Source: Alphaproteobacteria bacterium (lineage in GTDB: Bacteria; Pseudomonadota; Alphaproteobacteria; MPNO01; VGEU01). Taken from it: 64,000 nt of DNA. How positions within the stretch are numbered: position 1 is the first letter of the stretch; every line of letters starts with the position of its first letter. The position numbers were made by a program, and so were the translations under genes. Below the pieces are notes generated by a model that saw nothing but the letters and a program-made list of their open reading frames with translations, was not told where the DNA came from and ran no database searches. The stretch spans positions 2,210 through 66,209 of the forward strand of contig VGEU01000006.1 in NCBI GenBank assembly GCA_016869145.1. Direction: 5' to 3'. Below are positions 57,624-64,000 of this stretch, piece after piece.

Positions 57624-58196
57624 TCAGCTCGCCGAGCGCATCGCGCCCTGGGCCGCGGCGCCCGCCGACATGCCCTTGTTGGTGAACATCTTCTTCTGAT
57701 CGGCGTCGAAGCGATGGGTCTCGATCGTGTTGAGATCGGTGCCCGTCACGCGGACGAAGCGCGCGCCCTTCGGGAAGTTGATCTGGTGGATGACGCCGGG
57801 CTCGAACGTGCCGGCCATCGCGGGATCGAGGCGGAAGCGCCGCGCGATCTTGATGTCGGCAAAGCCGTCCTGCGTGCCGTCGTCCTTGCGCTCCCACACG
57901 GTCATGTCGGTGTGGAAGCGCGCCTGGCCGTAGACCGCCCAGGAATGGCCGTGGTCATGCGGCGGCGATTGCCGGCCTTCCTCGTAGACGTGGGACAGCA
58001 CGATGAAATCGAGCTCCTTGTCGCGGTAGAGCTCGTGCACGCCATAGTCGAGGGCGTCGCAGTGCGTCTTCACGAAGTCCTCGTTCTTGAGAAGCTTCTC
58101 GAGGTTCTGGCGGACCTTCTCGCGCCCGCCGGGCCCCTTGTCGGACGCGATCGCCGCATGGCAATCGCTCAGGAACTGGTCGAGGGTGTAGGCCAT
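57624..58196 (-). CDS. cupin-domain protein (cysteine dioxygenase-like)
   Basis: Internal ATG (MAYTLDQFLSD) in ORF 57624..58229. His-rich HDHGHSWAV cupin motif. Confidence 0.5.
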   Translation of the reverse strand: MAYTLDQFLSDCHAAIASDKGPGGREKVRQNLEKLLKNEDFVKTHCDALDYGVHELYRDKELDFIVLSHVYEEGRQSPPHDHGHSWAVYGQARFHTDMTVWERKDDGTQDGFADIKIARRFRLDPAMAGTFEPGVIHQINFPKGARFVRVTGTDLNTIETHRFDADQKKMFTNKGMSAGAAAQGAMRSAS

Positions 58197-58327
58197 GGCT
58201 CGCTCCTCTCGTTCAATGCGTCGTTGCATAGATCATAGCGGGACCGAGCCCCGACGCCCAAGCGCAACTTGTCGGGCCGCCGAGCGCCACGATAAGGTGA
58301 ACCCGCGCCGTCATCGGGAGGTCCACC

Positions 58328-59329
58328 GTGAAGATCGACGTGTTCAACCATATCCTGCCGCCGCGCTATTTCGCGCGGCTGAAGGAGATCGTCCCGGACA
58401 AGGCGATGCTCCGACGCTGGGAGGGCATCCCGACGCTCTGGGATATCGACCGCCATCGCCGCCTGGTCGAGGCCTATGACGACTATCAGCTCGTCCTGTC
58501 GCTCTCCAATCCGCCGATCGAGGTGCTGGGCACACCCGCCGACACGCCGGCGCTGGCGCGGCTCGCCAATGACGGCATGGCCGAGCTCGTCCGCAGATAT
58601 CCCGACCGCTATATCGCCTTCACCGCCTCGATGCCGATGAACAATCCCGACGCCGCGGCCAAAGAGGCCGAGCGCGCGATCCGCGATCTCGATGCGCGCG
58701 GCATCCAGGTCTTCACCAACGTGCTCGGCAAGCCGCTCACCGCGCCCGAGTTCCAGCCGCTGTTCGAGATCTGCTGGAAGGCCGACCTGCCGGTCTGGAT
58801 CCATCCGATCCGCGGCCCCAATTTCCCCGACTATCTCGGCGAGAAGGAATCGCGCGACGAGATCTGGTTCACCTTCGGCTGGCCGTACGAGACGAGCGCC
58901 ACGATGACGCGGCTCGTCTTCGCTGGTCTCTTCGATCGCTACCCGGGCATCAAGATCATCACCCACCACATGGGCGGCATGATCCCGTTCTTCCGCGGCA
59001 AGATCGCCGTCTCGTTCGAGCAGATATTCGCCGGCGGCGGTGCCGATCCGCGCCGCGCACCGGCCGGTCTCAAACAGCCGGCCGAGCATTACTATCACCT
59101 CTTCTACGGCGACACCGCGCTGTCCGGCTCGCTGGCAGCGACGGCGTGCGGGCTCGATTTCTTCGGCGCCGCCAACGCGCTGTTCGCAACCGATGCGCCG
59201 TTCGACGTCGAGGGCGGGCACTTCATGATCCGCGAGACGATCAAGGTCGTCGAACAACTCCCCATCGGGAGCCAGGACCGCACCAAGATCCTCGCCGACA
59301 ACACGCGCCGCCTGCTGCGGCTCGGTTGA
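58328..59329 (+). CDS. amidohydrolase-2 family protein (ACMSD-type metal-dependent decarboxylase/hydrolase)
   Basis: 333 aa, GTG start. Amidohydrolase_2 family pattern (FNHILPPRY ... HHMGG). Confidence 0.65.
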   Translation: MKIDVFNHILPPRYFARLKEIVPDKAMLRRWEGIPTLWDIDRHRRLVEAYDDYQLVLSLSNPPIEVLGTPADTPALARLANDGMAELVRRYPDRYIAFTASMPMNNPDAAAKEAERAIRDLDARGIQVFTNVLGKPLTAPEFQPLFEICWKADLPVWIHPIRGPNFPDYLGEKESRDEIWFTFGWPYETSATMTRLVFAGLFDRYPGIKIITHHMGGMIPFFRGKIAVSFEQIFAGGGADPRRAPAGLKQPAEHYYHLFYGDTALSGSLAATACGLDFFGAANALFATDAPFDVEGGHFMIRETIKVVEQLPIGSQDRTKILADNTRRLLRLG

Positions 59330-59421
59330 GGGCCGGCCGCGACGCGGCGCACCGCGATGGCCGAGGGCGCCCGCATCGCCGCGGCGCGCGTCTCGCCCAA
59401 GAGCTGACACGGGAGGATCGC

Positions 59422-60384
59422 ATGACCGTACTCATCACCGGCGCCGGGCTCCTCGCGACCCATGCCGGCAAGGCACTCGCGGACGGCGGCGAGCGCATCG
59501 TCTACTACGACGTCGCGCCGAGCGAGGCCTATGTCCGACAGGTCATGGACGACCGCCCCTACACGATCGTCCGCGGCGATGTGCTCGACATGCCCCATCT
59601 CATGCACACGATCGCGCGCGAGAAGGTGACGGGCCTCGTCCATAGCGCGGCGTTCCTGCCCGAGACCGCCCGCGAGCGGCCGTTCATGGCGACGCGCGTC
59701 ACGGTCGAGGGAACGGTCAACACGCTCGAGGCGCACCGGCTCGCCGGTCTCGGGCGCTATGTCCTCTGCTCGACGATCGGCATCTACGATGCGAGCGTCG
59801 ATACCGGGCGCGCGATGGAGGAGGACCAGCCGATCGGTCCCGACTCGTTCTATGGCTGCCTCAAGCTCTCCTCCGAGGTGATCGCGCTCCACTACCAGAA
59901 GGCCTACGGCGTCGACGTGATGGCGCCGCGTTTCTGCCCGGTCTACGGCCTCGGCCAGTGGTATTCCTCGGGCGGTGCGATCTTCATGGCGCGATGCATC
60001 GAGGGACCGGCGCTCGGCCGTGCGGTCGTGATCGACAAGCCGTTCTCGAACGTGAACCAGTATCTCTATGTGCTCGACGCCGCGCAGGCGATCGAGCGCT
60101 GCTACCGGGTCCGCGATCCGGCCGAGCGTGCGATCAATATCGGCTCGGGCGCCCTCCATTCGGCGCCGGACGTGATCGAGACGGTGAAGAAGGTGATCCC
60201 CGGCGCGCGGATCGACATCGACCCCGCTGCGTGGGCGAGCTCGAAGGACCGCGTCTTCGTCCGCCAGCCCTTCAGCCTCGCCCGCGCCCGCGCCGTCCTC
60301 GGCTTCACGCCCGCGTTCACGCTCGAGGCCGCGATCGCCGATTACGCGGCCAAGGTCCGCCGCCGCGCGCAGCAGCCCGTCTGA
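59422..60384 (+). CDS. NAD-dependent epimerase/dehydratase family protein
   Basis: Internal ATG (MTVLITGAGLLATHAG) in ORF 59146..60384. Rossmann GxGxxA. Confidence 0.7.
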   Translation: MTVLITGAGLLATHAGKALADGGERIVYYDVAPSEAYVRQVMDDRPYTIVRGDVLDMPHLMHTIAREKVTGLVHSAAFLPETARERPFMATRVTVEGTVNTLEAHRLAGLGRYVLCSTIGIYDASVDTGRAMEEDQPIGPDSFYGCLKLSSEVIALHYQKAYGVDVMAPRFCPVYGLGQWYSSGGAIFMARCIEGPALGRAVVIDKPFSNVNQYLYVLDAAQAIERCYRVRDPAERAINIGSGALHSAPDVIETVKKVIPGARIDIDPAAWASSKDRVFVRQPFSLARARAVLGFTPAFTLEAAIADYAAKVRRRAQQPV

Positions 60385-60396
60385 GCCCGTCCCCGC

Positions 60397-61959
60397 TCAC
60401 GCGCCGGGGTGCGTCTCGCGCCACAGAGCGCGGAGACGATTGCGGTCGATCTTGCCGCGGTCGTTCTTCGGGATCGCCTCGATCACGAAGATCTCGCGCG
60501 GCCGCTTGAACTCGGGGAGGCTCGCCGCGCAGTGTGCGCGCACCGTCTCAGCCACGAGCGCGCGGCCGGGCTTGGCCACGACATAGGCCGCGAGCTCCTC
60601 GCCGTAGATGCGGTCCGGGACGCCGATCGCGGCGGCCTCGAACACGTCCTCGCAGCGCATCAGCACGTTGTCGATCTCGAGCGGCGCGATGTTGACGCCG
60701 CCGCGGATCACGAGGTCCTTGGCGCGCCCGGTGACGACGAGACAGCCGTCCTCGTCGATCCGGCCGAGATCGCCGGTCCGGAGCCGTTTGCCGCGCACCC
60801 GCTCGACCGTGCCGTCCTCGAGGAGGTAGCCATAGGCGTTCTGCGGGCCGCCAATCTCGATCTCGCCCTCCGCGCCGGGCGCGACGTCCTTGCCGTCCTC
60901 GTCGACGATGCGGAGATTCTGCGCGAGCCCGGGCCGGCCGACAGTCCCGATCTTCCGCGCGAGCCAGTGATTGCCGCCGACCGTGCCGCCCTCGCTCATG
61001 CCGTAATGCTGGATCAGCTTGATGCCGTATGTCGTCTCGAACTTGCGGTGCTGATCGCCGAGGAGGGGCGAGGTCGAGCAGCTCATGAACCGGAGGCTCG
61101 CGAGCGCGTCGCTCCGGAGACCGACCGGGCGGTCGAGCAGCATGTTGACGACCGTCGGGACGCCGACCACGACCGTCGGACGATACGCGCCGATCCAGTC
61201 GAAGAACCGGCTCTGCGAATAGCGCCGTGCGAGCAGGAGCGTCTGGCCCGAGACGAGCGTCGGATGCAGCACGACCTGGTGCGAGGACGACCACGAGAGC
61301 GAGCGGTATTCGAGCACGCGATCGGTGGCGGCGAGGCCCCAGAGATAGACGGTCTGCTGGCCGATCAGGTCGAGATTGCCGAATGAGTGCATCACGCCCT
61401 TGGGCTTTGCCGTGGTGCCCGATGTGAAGCAGATCACGCACACGTCGTCCGGCCCGTTGACGGCCGGAAGCGGCGTGTCGGGAAGGCCCGCGATCATCCC
61501 GAAGAGGCCCGCGCCGCCGGTCTCGCTCCAGTCGCCGAACGCGATCCACTCGCCCGGCGCGCCGACCCCGAGTGCTGCGTCATCGAGCGCCTCGTGCCAG
61601 AGAACGAGCTTCGGTGCGAGCCGCTCGGTCATCTCGCGCACATGCGTGGCGTTGATCTCGACATTGATGGTGCAGAACGTCGCGCCATAGGCCTGGATGG
61701 CGTAATAGAGGATCAGGTTCTCGAGCGAGTTGTCGGTGAGCACCAGGACGCGGTCGTTGGCGCGGATCCCGCGCGCGGCGAGCAAGTGGCCGAGCCGGTT
61801 CGCGGTCCGCGCCAGCGCGCCCCAGGTGATCGAGCTCCCCTGGTCGATCGACACGAAGGCAATCCGATCCGGCATCGCGCCCGCGTGCGCCCGGAGCCGG
61901 TCGGCAACACTCCGGTATTCGGTCACGGGCAGGGGGGGATAGGCCTCTTCCATGGTCAT
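60397..61959 (-). CDS. AMP-dependent synthetase/ligase (acyl- or aryl-CoA ligase)
   Basis: 520 aa. FTSGTTAKPKGV AMP-binding motif. Confidence 0.8.
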   Translation of the reverse strand: MTMEEAYPPLPVTEYRSVADRLRAHAGAMPDRIAFVSIDQGSSITWGALARTANRLGHLLAARGIRANDRVLVLTDNSLENLILYYAIQAYGATFCTINVEINATHVREMTERLAPKLVLWHEALDDAALGVGAPGEWIAFGDWSETGGAGLFGMIAGLPDTPLPAVNGPDDVCVICFTSGTTAKPKGVMHSFGNLDLIGQQTVYLWGLAATDRVLEYRSLSWSSSHQVVLHPTLVSGQTLLLARRYSQSRFFDWIGAYRPTVVVGVPTVVNMLLDRPVGLRSDALASLRFMSCSTSPLLGDQHRKFETTYGIKLIQHYGMSEGGTVGGNHWLARKIGTVGRPGLAQNLRIVDEDGKDVAPGAEGEIEIGGPQNAYGYLLEDGTVERVRGKRLRTGDLGRIDEDGCLVVTGRAKDLVIRGGVNIAPLEIDNVLMRCEDVFEAAAIGVPDRIYGEELAAYVVAKPGRALVAETVRAHCAASLPEFKRPREIFVIEAIPKNDRGKIDRNRLRALWRETHPGA

Positions 61960-62102
61960 CTCCCTGATTCCGCGACAAGACTACCGGGCGTCGCCCGGCG
62001 TGCAAGCCCCTCTCGCCGCGATTGTATCGATGTCGGCCGGTCGGGTAAGCTCGGCCCGGTCACGATCGCGCGCGGGCTACGCGTTCACACAGGAGACGAT
62101 CC

Positions 62103-63341
62103 ATGGATCTGCCGACCGGGAGCGAACAATATTTCAAGATGAGCGTGAGCGAGTTCGACACGACCAAGCTTCTCGCCAAGGCCGCCCAGCAGCGTGACGA
62201 GCGCGGTCTCGACAAGCTCCTCGTCGTCGACGCCGACGCGCACCACTACGAGACCGAGTCGATGGGCGAGATCATCGACTACATCGAGGACCCGGTGCTG
62301 CGCCAGCTCGCGCGCTCGAGCCGCCAGGTCGGCCAGCGCGCCGGCATGTTCGCCGCCGGCGGCGTCGGCTACCAGGACATCGGCGGCCGTGTCACGCGCT
62401 ATCCGCTGCGCAATCTCGAGAAGACACCCGCCGACGGCCGCCACCGCGACATCCATCTGTCGCATCGCTGGATGGACGCGATGGGCGTCGACTACGCCTG
62501 CATCTTCCCGACCCCGATGCTCGCGCTCGGCACGCACCCGCAGCCCGAGGTCGAGCACCACTACGCGCGCGCGTATAACGGCTGGCTGTGCGACAAGATG
62601 CTGACCGACCCGCGCATCAAGTCGATGCTCTATCTGCCGTTCAACGACCACCGCGCCGCGTATCAGATGGTCAAGGACTTCGGCCACCGCAAGGGCGTGA
62701 TCGGCTTCATGGTCACCTCGGTGCGCCACACGCCGGTGCACCACAACGACTACATGAAGACCTACGCGCTGATCGAGGAGATGGGCCACCCGCTCGCCTT
62801 CCACGGCGGGTTCAACTGGGACGACCCGATCTTCCGCGTCTCCAACCGCTTCATCGCGGTCCACGCGCTCGGTTTCACTTGGTACAACGTCGTCCACTGC
62901 ACCAACTGGGTGGTCAACGGCCTGCCCGAGCGGTTCCCGAAGCTCAAGGTGATCTGGATCGAATCCGGCCTCGCCTGGATCCCGTGGCTGATGCAGCGGC
63001 TCGACACCGAGTACCGCATGCGCTCCTCCGAGTGCCCCTCGCTCAAGATGCTGCCGTCGGAGTACATGCGCCGCATGTACTACACGAGCCAGCCCATGGA
63101 GCGCCCCGATCATTCCGGCGAGCAGTATTTGCTCGAGGGCACGTTCAAGACCATCAACGCCGAGACCCAGCTTCTGTGGTGCTCGGACTACCCGCACTGG
63201 GACATGGATCTGCCGAGCGTGATCTACGACCTGCCGTTCCTCACCGAGAAGGCCAAGCGCAACATCCTCGGCGAGAACGCGCGCAAGGTGTTCAATCTCG
63301 ACGTCGCCGACCGGTTCCCGAACTACAAGCCACCGGTCTGA
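62103..63341 (+). CDS. amidohydrolase-2 family protein (ACMSD/gamma-resorcylate decarboxylase-like)
   Basis: 412 aa. Amidohydrolase_2 family pattern, HHYETE...HGGF...D-rich metal ligands. Confidence 0.65.
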   Translation: MDLPTGSEQYFKMSVSEFDTTKLLAKAAQQRDERGLDKLLVVDADAHHYETESMGEIIDYIEDPVLRQLARSSRQVGQRAGMFAAGGVGYQDIGGRVTRYPLRNLEKTPADGRHRDIHLSHRWMDAMGVDYACIFPTPMLALGTHPQPEVEHHYARAYNGWLCDKMLTDPRIKSMLYLPFNDHRAAYQMVKDFGHRKGVIGFMVTSVRHTPVHHNDYMKTYALIEEMGHPLAFHGGFNWDDPIFRVSNRFIAVHALGFTWYNVVHCTNWVVNGLPERFPKLKVIWIESGLAWIPWLMQRLDTEYRMRSSECPSLKMLPSEYMRRMYYTSQPMERPDHSGEQYLLEGTFKTINAETQLLWCSDYPHWDMDLPSVIYDLPFLTEKAKRNILGENARKVFNLDVADRFPNYKPPV

Positions 63342-63466
63342 TCGGCGCATGACGCGACCCGTGGCGGGGCGGCTTCGGCCGCCCCGTTCGTTGTCGCGGG
63401 CTCGAATCTTGCGCAAAGCACGCCGAGCGTGGACGATGGCGTCGTCGCAACGATCCGGGTGCTCCG

Positions 63467-64000
63467 ATGCTCAACGCCCTCCTCCGCGTCGCGGCCGTCC
63501 TCTGCGCTGTCGCCGCCTCGGATGCCGGCGCCGCCGAGCGCCGCTACTTCATCGCGATCGAGGAGATCGACTGGGACTACGCGCCCGCGGGTCGCGACCA
63601 GATGATGGGGATGGGCTTCCACGGCGATCAGCGCGTCTTCGTCACGCGGAGCGCGAACCGGACCGGACGGGTCTACCGCAAGGTGCTCTATCGGGAATAC
63701 ACGGATGCGAGCTTCACGACGCGGCAGGAACGGCCCGCCGCGTGGAGCCATCTAGGCCTCCTCCGACCGGTGATCCGCGCCGAGGTCGGCGACACCGTGA
63801 CGGTCGTCCTCCGCAACAAGGCGAGCCGGCCCTACAGCTTGCACCCGCACGGGGTGCGTACCGGAAGGACTCCGAGGGCTCGCCCTATGCCGACGGGACG
63901 TCGGGGGCCGACAAGGCCGACTACGGCGTGCCGCCGGGTGGCACCCACACCTATCGCTGGGGCATGCCGAACGCGCCGGACCCGGCCCCAATGACCCGAG
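63467..64000 (+). pseudogene. multicopper oxidase, N-terminal part with apparent 1-nt deletion frameshift near 63858-63861 (continues beyond window)
   Basis: Signal peptide, then cupredoxin domain ...RPYSLHPHGV. Downstream the family-colinear sequence (YRKDSEGSPYADGTSGADKADYGVPPGGTHTYRWGMPNAPDPAPM) continues only in the +1 frame. Confidence 0.5.

Noticed and set aside
62085-63416. 443-aa minus-strand ORF
   Set aside because: Antisense to the amidohydrolase-2 gene.
1-64000. tRNA, rRNA, CRISPR arrays, transposases, integrases, and toxin-antitoxin or defence-system genes
   Set aside because: No cloverleaf-like conserved tRNA motifs, no direct-repeat/spacer arrays, and no recombinase-like ORFs were seen. 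All sizeable ORFs are accounted for by metabolic, transport or housekeeping families.

Overview
High-GC (about 70%) bacterial chromosomal window, gene content typical of a soil/plant-associated alphaproteobacterium. It is gene-dense with about 55 genes, and I found no rRNA, tRNA, CRISPR array, integrase or transposase. Layout by region:

- 0-1.5 kb: pepN (partial).
- 1.6-4.2 kb: hrpB.
- 4.5-17 kb: glycogen gene cluster (glgP | malQ-glgX-glgB-short phosphorylase on minus strand | glgA). It has no glgC. glgP and glgB each carry a single in-frame premature stop (TAG and TAA).
- 17-43 kb: aromatic/xenobiotic catabolic island. Contents: an extradiol dioxygenase lying in frame with a truncated S10-peptidase remnant; a PhtD-like protein; three tandem paralogous TRAP substrate-binding genes plus dctQM; a second TRAP system; LLM flavin oxidoreductases; TauD/TfdA dioxygenases; SDRs; an amidase; a tandem YdhR-like pair; a UbiD decarboxylase with a coupled 60-aa ORF; FAH; an amidohydrolase.
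- 43.3-53.6 kb: the most unusual locus. Paralogs of pyrimidine-biosynthesis enzymes sit with two M20 carbamoyl-amino-acid amidohydrolases: class 1B dihydroorotate dehydrogenase PyrK/PyrD, a type I DHOase-like cyclic amidohydrolase, a housekeeping-type pyrC and pyrE. There is also an Asp/Glu/hydantoin racemase-family protein, an aminotransferase and an SDR. The arrangement looks like a reductive orotate or related cyclic-ureide (hydantoin-like) catabolic system rather than biosynthesis.
- 53.6-54 kb: promoter region containing an unusually AT-rich 55-nt element and GC palindromes.
- 54-64 kb: small hypothetical protein, MetE-like/GT2 operon, tandem-VOC protein, cupin, two ACMSD-type amidohydrolases, an epimerase, an acyl-CoA ligase, and a multicopper oxidase that appears frameshifted at the window edge.

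All coordinates derived by hand-reading the text may be off by 1 nt; ORF-track coordinates were used wherever possible.
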